Assembly (NCBI GenBank): GCA_963833225.1
Contig: CAWHXD010000008.1
Location: forward strand, 832,001-896,000
Source of the DNA: an uncultured Chloroflexia bacterium
GTDB taxonomy: Bacteria > Chloroflexota > Limnocylindria > Limnocylindrales > CSP1-4
Direction: 5' to 3'
Length of the DNA: 64,000 nt
How positions within the stretch are numbered: position 1 is the stretch's first letter; each line of letters opens with the position of its first letter. Of the stretch, positions 1-7,720 are shown in pieces. Made by a program: the position numbers and the translations under genes. The notes under the pieces are model-generated. The model worked only from the letters and a program-made list of their open reading frames with translations, searched no databases and was not told the origin of the DNA.

Positions 1-429
1 GCTCTGGAGCTCGGTGGCCACCAGGAGCCTGGCGGCCTGGTCGTGGAGGACGAGATCGATCACCCCGCGCGCGGGCCGGAGGACAGGCACCTCCGGCGAC
101 GGCGTCCAGCGTGCGTTCAGCACCCGGAGCAGCGCCTCCCCCATCGGCGCCTGGGTGCGGTCGTGGATCCTCGGGCCGGTGTTGGGGAACAGCCGGACGG
201 ACAGATCGGCCCCGAGCACCGCCCCGACGGCGGCCAGCACCTCGTAGCCGGCCTCGCGCCGGCCATCCTCGAGGCGGGTCATGTACGACGGGTGAATGCC
301 CGCTGCCGACGCAACCGCGGCCCGGGTCAGTCCCGCGTCCTCGCGCAGCCGCCGCAGGTGCTCGCCGACGGAGCGGCGGACCTCGATGGCGCGCCGCTTG
401 GCGTCGTGCTGCAGGCGTGTCTCGCCCAT
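1..429 (-). CDS. XRE-family HTH protein with C-terminal PD-(D/E)xK-like domain (runs off window start)
   Basis: Not in the ORF track. Manual translation from ATG at 429: MGETRLQHDAKRRAIEVRRSVGEHLRRLREDAGLTRAAVASAAGIHPSYMTRLEDGRREAGYEVL...PEVPVLRPARGVIDLVLHDQAARLLVATELQS. Clear paralog of 57639..58455. Confidence 0.8.
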   Translation of the reverse strand, partial: MGETRLQHDAKRRAIEVRRSVGEHLRRLREDAGLTRAAVASAAGIHPSYMTRLEDGRREAGYEVLAAVGAVLGADLSVRLFPNTGPRIHDRTQAPMGEALLRVLNARWTPSPEVPVLRPARGVIDLVLHDQAARLLVATELQS

Positions 430-509
430 GGGACCTCCGTCGTAGGCGGGCGGGCGCGTGGGCCGGGCGCGTCGGCCGGGACCGCTCTCGGTGCCTGGCG
501 CTCGCGTCC

Positions 510-916
510 TGACGCCCAGTCAAGCATTCGGGGCTCAACGGCGGCTTATGCGCTCTGGGGGCCTGCCAGGCGCCTCGAACGTGACCGGCCGTCAGGAACC
601 ACGGACGACGAAGTGGGCTCGGGGCGCTTCGGGCCGGAAACCGTGACTGGGGGGCAGGTCCGGGGCCGGAGGAGCGGGCGAGGCGGGCCGGCCGGAGCGG
701 GCGAGGCCGACCGACCGACCGACCGGCCAACCGTCGAGCATGCTGCTTGGACCTGCTTGCTGACGCGCAGGCAAGCATTCGAGGCTCAACGGCCGCCCGC
801 CGCCCCAGGAAGGCGCCTCGCGCCGAGAACCTGACGGTGAGGCAAGGTGACGCGGCGAACGTGGGCGTGCCGGGCGCTTGGGTGCGGAAACCGTGACTGG
901 GGGGCAGGTTCGGGGC
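510..916. repeat. Two degenerate direct copies (offset ~251 bp) of a ~145-bp element with three TGAC-N5-G(T/G)CA motifs
   Basis: Motifs start at 510/582/644 and 761/832/894. Shared blocks caagcattcg(g/a)ggctcaacggc and cggaaaccgtgactggggggcaggt. Confidence 0.75.
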
Positions 917-1013
917 TGACCGCCCGCGGGCCGCCCGCCCGGCCGGCCGCCGGCCCGCGGGATCGAACCGGCCGCCGGCCCGCGGGACCGAACCGGCCGC
1001 CGGCCAGACCCGA

Positions 1014-1856
1014 TCAGGGACGGAGCGTGCCCGACCAGACCTGCCAGGCCAGGAGCGACTTGGCGACCAGGCTCATGACCATGTACGTCTTCTCGCCGAC
1101 CAGGTAGTCCCGCCAGCGGCCGATCTTCCGGTACTGGAGGACCATCGTGATGGCGAAGATGTTGAAGGACACGAACAGGCTGGCGATGATCACGTACACG
1201 AACGCGGGGATCCCGGCCCCGTCGGGCAGGCCGTCCTGGAACGAGTAGGCGGCCAGGATCGAGAAGATGGCGATCCAGGGCACGATCCCGGCGACGCAGC
1301 CGAAGATGAAGTGCTTCCAGTCGACGGTCTCTCGGCCCTCGTTGGCGGCCTCCATGCTCCAGCCGAACAGGTTCATGGCCACGTTGCTGCCGGCGATGGC
1401 GATCAGCGCCGGGAACTCGGTGATGTAGCTGATGTAGGCGATGGCCACGATCATCACGGTGGACGAGAACGCGTACTCGACCCAGCGCAGCGGGTTCATC
1501 CCACGGGCCAGCCACGCCTCGTAGCGGGCTCGCATGGGCCAGCCGGCAAGGAAGTGGGCGATCGAGCTCATCGCGAAGAAGCTGGCGATGAGGTAGGCGA
1601 GCGGGAACGAGACCAGCAGGACGCTGGACGGCTCCACGCCGGAGAACTTGCCGTCAGTGAGGATCGGCCGGATGGTGGGCACGACCGGCTCGAACAGGGT
1701 GGTCGTGGACGACACAACGAGCATCAGGATGAACTGGACGCCGTGCGCGATCGCCAGGAAGCGGTTCCAGCGGCGAAGCGAGCGGGCCTTCTCGGCGGGG
1801 ATGGCGGCGGCCTGCGACGCGAGCGCGTGGCGGCCGACGGCGGCTTGGGCGGTCAT
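1014..1856 (-). CDS. Heliorhodopsin (HeR)
   Basis: 7-TM protein with LRRWN...AH in TM1, SSIAH, NPLRWVEYAFSS, and retinal-Lys motif SLVAKSLLAW. ATG at 1856 with GGAG upstream. Confidence 0.93.
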   Translation of the reverse strand: MTAQAAVGRHALASQAAAIPAEKARSLRRWNRFLAIAHGVQFILMLVVSSTTTLFEPVVPTIRPILTDGKFSGVEPSSVLLVSFPLAYLIASFFAMSSIAHFLAGWPMRARYEAWLARGMNPLRWVEYAFSSTVMIVAIAYISYITEFPALIAIAGSNVAMNLFGWSMEAANEGRETVDWKHFIFGCVAGIVPWIAIFSILAAYSFQDGLPDGAGIPAFVYVIIASLFVSFNIFAITMVLQYRKIGRWRDYLVGEKTYMVMSLVAKSLLAWQVWSGTLRP

Positions 1857-1978
1857 TGGGCGATGTCTCCTGCTCAGGGGTTGCACCTCTGTTCGCGGAT
1901 GGCCCATCCGCGGATGGGTCGGCAACCCAGGGCAGTATGCGCGGCGCCCCCGCACCGGAATCCCGGCGCCGCGCGGGG

Positions 1979-2036
1979 GCGCGGCCGGACACAGGGTTGA
2001 GCTCAGGGGGCGCGGCCGGACACGGGTTGAGCTAGG
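1979..2036. repeat. Short tandem duplication (~30 bp x2) downstream of the tRNA
   Basis: gcgcggccggacac(a)gggttgagct(c)agg occurs twice. Confidence 0.6.
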
Positions 2037-2043
2037 CGGGCGG

Positions 2044-2125
2044 CGGCGGGGTGGGATTCGAACCCACGAGACTTGCGTCTGCCGCTTTTCAAGAGCGGAG
2101 CCTTCAACCACTCGGCCACCCCGCC
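2044..2125 (-). tRNA. tRNA-Ser(TGA), CCA not encoded
   Basis: GGCGGGG/CCCCGCC acceptor stem, TGGCCGAGTGG D arm, CCGCT-CTTGAAA-AGCGG anticodon arm, long variable arm, GGTTCGAATCC T arm, G discriminator. Confidence 0.95.
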
Positions 2126-2147
2126 GAGCGCGAGCATACCGTGTGGC

Positions 2148-2648
2148 CTAGGCATCCACCACGCAGGTGCCGGCGAGCAGGTCGTGCCAGCCGCGCTTGC
2201 GCTTGTCCACCAGGATCCAGGCGAAGCCCACCAGCAGCGTCAGGTGGTTGAGGTAGTAGCCAAGCAGGCGCAGGACGGCGGCAACGAACGTCACCGGGCC
2301 GCCATCCCGGTCCCGGACCACCCGGATCGCCATCAGCCGCATGCCGACAGACTGGCCGCCCCGCGACCAGGACCACGGGAAGTACATGACGTTGAACACC
2401 GCGAAGGCAAGGACCGAGAGGGCCATGCCCACCACGGCGGGACCCGCGCCCTCCGACCCGGAAGAGCCGAGCAGCGCCACCACGATCGCGCCCAGGAGGA
2501 ACAGCAGCAGCACGAACACGATGGCCATCACGATCCAGTCGATGATGAACGCCGCGAGCCGGGCACCCCCACCGGCAAACCGCATGCCCGGCGCGGGGCC
2601 GGCGGGCGCCTCGGGCCCTTGCCGGGTGGGCGGCGGCTGAACGGCCAT
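2148..2648 (-). CDS. RDD family membrane protein
   Basis: RLAAFIID, GQSVGMRLMAIRVV and RGWHDLLAGT motifs. Confidence 0.9.
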   Translation of the reverse strand: MAVQPPPTRQGPEAPAGPAPGMRFAGGGARLAAFIIDWIVMAIVFVLLLFLLGAIVVALLGSSGSEGAGPAVVGMALSVLAFAVFNVMYFPWSWSRGGQSVGMRLMAIRVVRDRDGGPVTFVAAVLRLLGYYLNHLTLLVGFAWILVDKRKRGWHDLLAGTCVVDA

Positions 2649-2689
2649 CGAGCGTGTCTCCCTCGTCAGTTCCGCCGGCGGCGTTCCAC

Positions 2690-4015
2690 TCAGGCCTGGA
2701 CCGGCTCCCCAATCGTATCGGTGCCGAGATAGGGCCGAAGGACCTCCGGGACCGTGACCGAGCTGTCGGGGTTCTGGTAGACCTCGAGGATGGAGGCCAC
2801 GATCCGGGCAAGGGCGAGGCCGGACCCGTTGAGCGTGTGCACGAGCTCCGGCTTGGCGCCCTTCTGGGGGCGGTAGCGGATCGCCATCCGGCGCGCCTGG
2901 TAGTCGCCGAAGTTGGAGCAGGAGCTGACCTCCAGCCAGCGCTCCACGCCCGGCGCCCAGACCTCCAGGTCGTACTTCTTGCGCTGGACAAAGCCCATCT
3001 CGCCGGTGCTCATGAGCAGGACGCGATAGGGCAGCCCCAGCCGCTGGAGCAGAACCTCCGCGCGGGCGGTCATCCACTCGAGCGCCTCGCGGCTGTCCTC
3101 GGGCTTCTCGAACAGCACCATCTCCACCTTGTCGAACTGGTGGACGCGCAGGATCCCACGGGTGTCCTTGCCCGCCGCCCCGGCCTCGCGGCGGAAGCAG
3201 GGCGAGTAGGCCGCGTACCGGATCGGCAGCTGGTCGGCCTCGAGGATCTCGTCGCGGTGGAGGTTGGTGACCGGGATCTCGGCGGTGGGAACCAGGTACA
3301 GCTCGTCGCGGGTGACGACGTACATCTGGTCTTCCTTGTCCGGGATGTTGCCCGTCCCGCGGGCCGACGCCGTGTTGACCACCGCCGGCGGCCAGACCTC
3401 GGTGAAGCCGTGCTCGGCGGTGTGCACGTCCAGGAACCAGCTGATCAGGCTCCGCTGCAGGCGCGAGCCCAGGCCCTTGTAGACGGGGAACCCGGAGCCC
3501 GCGATCTTGGCGCCGCGCGGATTGTCGATGATGTCGAGCGCGTCGCCAATCTCCCAGTGCGGGCGGCGGGCCCACGTCGCGCCGTCGGGTGCGACCCCCT
3601 CGTGCGCTCCGGGCTCGCCCCAGGTGCGAACGGTGACGTTGGCCTCCTCGCCGCCGACCGGGACCTCGGGGTCCGCGGGGTTCGGGATCCGCAGCAGCAG
3701 GTCCTCGAGCTCGGCCTCGGCCGCCGCGAGCTCCGCGTCGATCTCGTCGATCCTCGCTCCGGCGCGCGTGGATTCGGCGCGCAGGTCCGCGACCTCGGGG
3801 CCGTCCGGCTTCGCCCCACCCCGGATCGCCTCGCCGATGCGCTTGCTGGCCGCGTTGCGCTCGGCCTTGAGGCCATCCGATTCGGACTGGAGGTGGCGAC
3901 GGCGGGCATCGACCTCGATCGCCCGGTCCACGAGCGTCGGATCCTCGCGCTTGTCGATGGCCCCCTGCCGGATCCGGTCCGGCTCGTCGCGGAGCCGCTG
4001 CACGCCCACGCTCAT
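2690..4015 (-). CDS. serS: Serine--tRNA ligase
   Basis: N-terminal coiled coil, LVPTAE, FRREAG, RVHQFDKVE, EVSSCSN, TLNGSGLA. ATG overlaps the lysS stop. Confidence 0.97.
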   Translation of the reverse strand: MSVGVQRLRDEPDRIRQGAIDKREDPTLVDRAIEVDARRRHLQSESDGLKAERNAASKRIGEAIRGGAKPDGPEVADLRAESTRAGARIDEIDAELAAAEAELEDLLLRIPNPADPEVPVGGEEANVTVRTWGEPGAHEGVAPDGATWARRPHWEIGDALDIIDNPRGAKIAGSGFPVYKGLGSRLQRSLISWFLDVHTAEHGFTEVWPPAVVNTASARGTGNIPDKEDQMYVVTRDELYLVPTAEIPVTNLHRDEILEADQLPIRYAAYSPCFRREAGAAGKDTRGILRVHQFDKVEMVLFEKPEDSREALEWMTARAEVLLQRLGLPYRVLLMSTGEMGFVQRKKYDLEVWAPGVERWLEVSSCSNFGDYQARRMAIRYRPQKGAKPELVHTLNGSGLALARIVASILEVYQNPDSSVTVPEVLRPYLGTDTIGEPVQA

Positions 4016-5622
4016 GCGATCACCTCCCCGGGCGTCCCGGTGCCGGCCTCGGTGAGGCGGCGGATGACGAAGTCGCGCTCGAGGCTCGCGAGCAGCCATC
4101 CCGCCCGCGGGCCATTGGGCCGGCCGAGGAACGAGAGGTAGAGCGCGATGAAGGCCGCCTTGGCGTCGATGCCGGCCTCCGCGGCGACCGCGAAGATGGC
4201 GGCCTGCCACTGCTCGCCGGACGAGGGGGCGTCCCCGTGGGCGACGGCCGCCAGCTCACGCAGGAACCCGAGCTGCTCGGGCCGCAGCTGCTCGGCCTCC
4301 ACCGGCACGGCGTCGCGCCGGATCTCGATCCTGGCACGCTCGGGGGCGTAGGCCTCCAGCCAGCGGTGAACGGCGGCCAGGCGGACCTCCAGGTCGGCGG
4401 CCTCCTGGTCGGTCAGCGCGGAGCCCTTCTCGGCCGCGACCCGGTCATGCACGTCGACGCCCGGAACCTGGACGAGGAGCGCGAGGTGGGCGAACGCGGG
4501 CCGGAAGGCATCGGCGGCCGCCGTGACGTCCGCCGCCGGGTCCAGCAGCGAGTACCGGAAGATGGACTCGTGGCCGGACGGCAGCTCGCCCTTGACCTCG
4601 CGGCCGGCGGTGGCGGCACCGAGCCGGTCGAACTCGTCGAACAGGCGCGGCACGGCGTCCGTGCCCTCGGGGTCGAAGTCCAGCGCGGTCTCCGGGCGCT
4701 GGCGGACGAACAGGAACCGCAGCTGCTCGGGGGGCACGACGCTGCCGATGGTGTGCGCGGCGGCTCCCCGGCCCTTGGACGTGGACATCTTCTTGCCGCC
4801 GATGTTGAGGAACTCGTACGGGAAGTTGAGCGGCGGCTCGCGCTCGAACACCTCGCGGGCGATGGCGTTGCTGCGATCGCGGGACCCGCCCGCGGTGGCC
4901 AGGTCCTTGCCGTTGGGCTCGATCGTGACGCCAAACAGGCTCCACTGCGCGGCCCACTCGAGGTTCCAGGGCAGCTTCGCCGCACCGCCAAACGGGCTGA
5001 CCCGGCCGGTCCAGCCGCAGCCGGTCGCCCACTCGACGAGGTCCGGCAGGCACGCGACCGAGACCGTCTCGCCGTCCCAGTCCGACGCGATCGTGGTGCC
5101 GATCTTGCCGCAGCTGGGGCAGACCACGCCCAGCGGCAGCCAGTGGTCGGGGTGCTGGACGTTGGCCACCCGGCGGTAGACCTCGCGCACCACCGGGGCG
5201 CGGTCGAGCGCGGTCCGGATGAACGGGTCCATCTGCCCCGTGGGGTAGATGTCGCTCATCCAGTAGTAGCGGTCCGGGCGGATGCCGAGGCCCGCGAAAG
5301 TGTCGATGAAGATGCCCGCGAAGTGGCGCGCATAGCTCGTGTGGCAGTCACCCGCCGGGTCCGGCACGTGGGCCAGCGGCCGGCCCATCTCGCGCTCGAT
5401 GGCGTCGGGCGACAGCAGCGCCTGGGCGTCCATCGGGTCCATGTCGTCCACGCCGTAGAGGAGGGTTGCCCCGAGCCCGCGGCTGCGCAGGGCGCGCGTG
5501 ATGACATCGAGGATGACGGGCCCGCGGAGGCTGCCGACGTGGACGGTGCCGGACGGCGTCTTGGAGTCGTTGACGACCTGGGGTCCTTCGACGCTCGCGG
5601 CCAGCTCGTCCGCCCAGTCCAC
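4012..5622 (-). CDS. lysS: Lysine--tRNA ligase, class I
   Basis: TPSGTVHVGS (HIGH-like), CPSCGK zinc knuckle, GKDL, KMSTSKG (KMSKS-like), C-terminal GPR. Confidence 0.93.
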   Translation of the reverse strand: MDWADELAASVEGPQVVNDSKTPSGTVHVGSLRGPVILDVITRALRSRGLGATLLYGVDDMDPMDAQALLSPDAIEREMGRPLAHVPDPAGDCHTSYARHFAGIFIDTFAGLGIRPDRYYWMSDIYPTGQMDPFIRTALDRAPVVREVYRRVANVQHPDHWLPLGVVCPSCGKIGTTIASDWDGETVSVACLPDLVEWATGCGWTGRVSPFGGAAKLPWNLEWAAQWSLFGVTIEPNGKDLATAGGSRDRSNAIAREVFEREPPLNFPYEFLNIGGKKMSTSKGRGAAAHTIGSVVPPEQLRFLFVRQRPETALDFDPEGTDAVPRLFDEFDRLGAATAGREVKGELPSGHESIFRYSLLDPAADVTAAADAFRPAFAHLALLVQVPGVDVHDRVAAEKGSALTDQEAADLEVRLAAVHRWLEAYAPERARIEIRRDAVPVEAEQLRPEQLGFLRELAAVAHGDAPSSGEQWQAAIFAVAAEAGIDAKAAFIALYLSFLGRPNGPRAGWLLASLERDFVIRRLTEAGTGTPGEVIA

Positions 5623-5706
5623 GGTGTGTGCCCCTCTCTCCGGCGTCCGGCCGGGGGTGATCGCCCCGACGCGCGTGGTGCCGGCTCGGGGCCGCCGGTG
5701 CTGGTG

Positions 5707-6171
5707 CTACTTGATCTCGACGATCGTGTACGCGAAGTCGCCCGCCGGGACCTTGACGACGACCTTGTCGCCCTTCTTGCGGCCGAGCAACGCGCGGCCC
5801 ACGGGCGACTCGTTGGAGATGCGGCCGTCCGCGGGCTTCGCCTCGGCAGACCCGACGATCATGAACGTCTCGGGGCCTTCCTCGCCCTTCACCTTCACCG
5901 TCGATCCGATCTGCACGTGGTCCGTGGACGTGTGCTCGTCGATGATCGCGGCGTTCTTGATCATCCCCTCGAGCGTCTGGATACGACCCTCAACGAACGC
6001 CTGCTCGTTCTTGGCGTCCTCGTACTCGGCATTCTCCGAGAGGTCGCCGTGCTCCTTGGCGTCGTGGATCCGCTGGGCGATCTCGGGCCGGCGGACGCTC
6101 AGGATCTCGTCGAGCTCCGCGCGGAGCTTGTCGAGGCCGTCCTTGCTGATGTAGGTCGTCTTGCTGTTCAC
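5707..6171 (-). CDS. greA: Transcription elongation factor GreA
   Basis: HGDLSENAEYEDAK and ISNESPVGRALLG. GTG start at 6171. Confidence 0.96.
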   Translation of the reverse strand: MNSKTTYISKDGLDKLRAELDEILSVRRPEIAQRIHDAKEHGDLSENAEYEDAKNEQAFVEGRIQTLEGMIKNAAIIDEHTSTDHVQIGSTVKVKGEEGPETFMIVGSAEAKPADGRISNESPVGRALLGRKKGDKVVVKVPAGDFAYTIVEIK

Positions 6172-6236
6172 GGGTACAGGCCCCCGGAGGCGCGGGACCG
6201 GCACTACCGGGGTGCCGCCGCTCGGTCGGTTTGAAC

Positions 6237-6274
6237 AAAAGGACCCCGGGGCGCCTGGTGCGCCGCCGAGGGTC
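6237..6274 (-). terminator. Putative intrinsic terminator/attenuator in the greA leader
   Basis: Minus strand GACCCTCGGCGGCGC-ACCA-GGCGCCCCGGGGTC followed by CTTTTGTT, between the promoter and the start codon. Confidence 0.5.
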
Positions 6275-6289
6275 GGTGGATCGGGCGGA

Positions 6290-6318
6290 ATGGTATCCGC
6301 GCGGCCCGAAAACGTCAA
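6290..6318 (-). promoter_or_regulatory. Sigma70-type promoter for greA
   Basis: TTGACG-N17-TACCAT on the minus strand. Confidence 0.6.
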
Positions 6319-6345
6319 AGGTGACCCGGCATCGGACGCTGGGTC

Positions 6346-6819
6346 CTAGCCCTCGACTTCTCCGAGCTGCTCCAGCCGCCGCCGCACGCGGCCCAGCGAC
6401 CCACGATCGGCAAACGCGATGAACACCGTGTCGTCACCGGCGATGGAGCCTGCGACCTCTGGCCACCGGGCGCGGTCCAGGGCGGCGGCCAGCGGGTGTG
6501 CCGAGCCGGGCAGGGTCTTGAGCACGAGCAGGGTGCCGGCCTCGCGCATCTCCACGGGCATCTCGTGGAGGAGCCGCCGGATGCGTTCCTCGCCGCTGGT
6601 GTCCGCCTCGCGGAGCCGCGGCGGGATGGCATAGGCCTGCATCCCGTTGCGGCCCGCCTTGACCAGGCCCAGCTCCGCGACATCGCGCGAGATCGTGGCC
6701 TGCGTCGTCCGGAAGCCACGCTCTCGCAGGGCGGCCGCCAGCTCCTGCTGGGTCCGGATCGGGCGCTGTTCCACCAGGTCACGGATCGCGCGCTGGCGGA
6801 GCTGCTTCATCACCTCCAC
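6346..6819 (-). CDS. argR: Arginine repressor
   Basis: TQATISRD wHTH motif, KTLPGSA, and GSIAGDDT arginine-binding motif. Alternative ATG at 6810. Confidence 0.95.
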   Translation of the reverse strand: MEVMKQLRQRAIRDLVEQRPIRTQQELAAALRERGFRTTQATISRDVAELGLVKAGRNGMQAYAIPPRLREADTSGEERIRRLLHEMPVEMREAGTLLVLKTLPGSAHPLAAALDRARWPEVAGSIAGDDTVFIAFADRGSLGRVRRRLEQLGEVEG

Positions 6820-6836
6820 GCGATGCCTCCGGTTCG

Positions 6837-7661
6837 CTACCGGACCAGGAACACGGCGAGGACGACGGCCGCGAGCGCCAGGCGGTAGACGACGAAGATG
6901 TTGAACGACCGCGTCTGCACGTAGCGGAGCAGCACGGAGATCGCGAGCACGCCGGACACGAACGACGCGACGACCCCCACGACCAGGGTCGCGGGCTCCG
7001 CCCCACCGACCTCACCGCGGACCAGCTTGAGCGTCTCGTAGGCGACCGCCATCGCGGTGATCGGCGTCGCCATCAGGAAGCTGTACCGGGCCGCAGCCGC
7101 ACGATCGAGGCCCGCGAACAGCCCCGCGGAGATCGAGATCCCGGATCGGGACACGCCCGGGATCAGGGCCAGGGCCTGGGCAAGGCCGATCCCCACGGCA
7201 CCACGTGCGGTCAGTCGGCCGATGGGATGGGTGCGCGCGCCCCAGCGGTCGGCCAGCCACAGGACCGCGCCGGCCAGGACCAGCATCACCGCGACGAGGC
7301 CCGGCCTGCGGGTGTTCTGCTCCACGATGTCGTTGAGGAACAGGGCGATGACGGCCGCCGGCAGCGTCGACAGCACCAGCAGCCAGATGAGCCGCCGGTC
7401 GGGGTTGTCGCCGATCGACCGATCGCGCAGCGAGGCGAAGAACGCCGGGATCAGCCGCAGCCAGTCCTCGCGGAAGTAGGCGAGCAGCGCCAGGAGCGTC
7501 CCACCATGCAGCACCACGGAGAACGCGAGCGACTCGATGAACGTGCCGCTCCAGCCGAACAGGTAGGGGATGAGGATCAGGTGCCCGGACGACGAGATCG
7601 GCAGGAACTCGGTCAGCCCCTGCGCGATCCCCATGACGAGCGCCTGGATGATCTGGTCCAT
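6837..7661 (-). CDS. uppP: Undecaprenyl-diphosphate phosphatase
   Basis: QGLTEFLPISSSGH and PGVSRSG motifs. Confidence 0.96.
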   Translation of the reverse strand: MDQIIQALVMGIAQGLTEFLPISSSGHLILIPYLFGWSGTFIESLAFSVVLHGGTLLALLAYFREDWLRLIPAFFASLRDRSIGDNPDRRLIWLLVLSTLPAAVIALFLNDIVEQNTRRPGLVAVMLVLAGAVLWLADRWGARTHPIGRLTARGAVGIGLAQALALIPGVSRSGISISAGLFAGLDRAAAARYSFLMATPITAMAVAYETLKLVRGEVGGAEPATLVVGVVASFVSGVLAISVLLRYVQTRSFNIFVVYRLALAAVVLAVFLVR

Positions 7662-7720
7662 GAATTCAACTCCGGGCGACCGGGATCACGAGGACCCGGT
7701 CGCCCGAGAGGTCTCCTCCG

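Noticed and set aside
43-834. Long plus-strand ORF here, and similar long antisense ORFs elsewhere (e.g. 4237..6234, 19731..22427, 54231..57020)
   Set aside because: Shadow ORFs caused by stop-codon scarcity at high GC. They overlap well-supported genes on the other strand or frame.
2044-2125. tRNA-Ser as integration site of an island
   Set aside because: No integrase and no duplicated tRNA 3' end found in the window.
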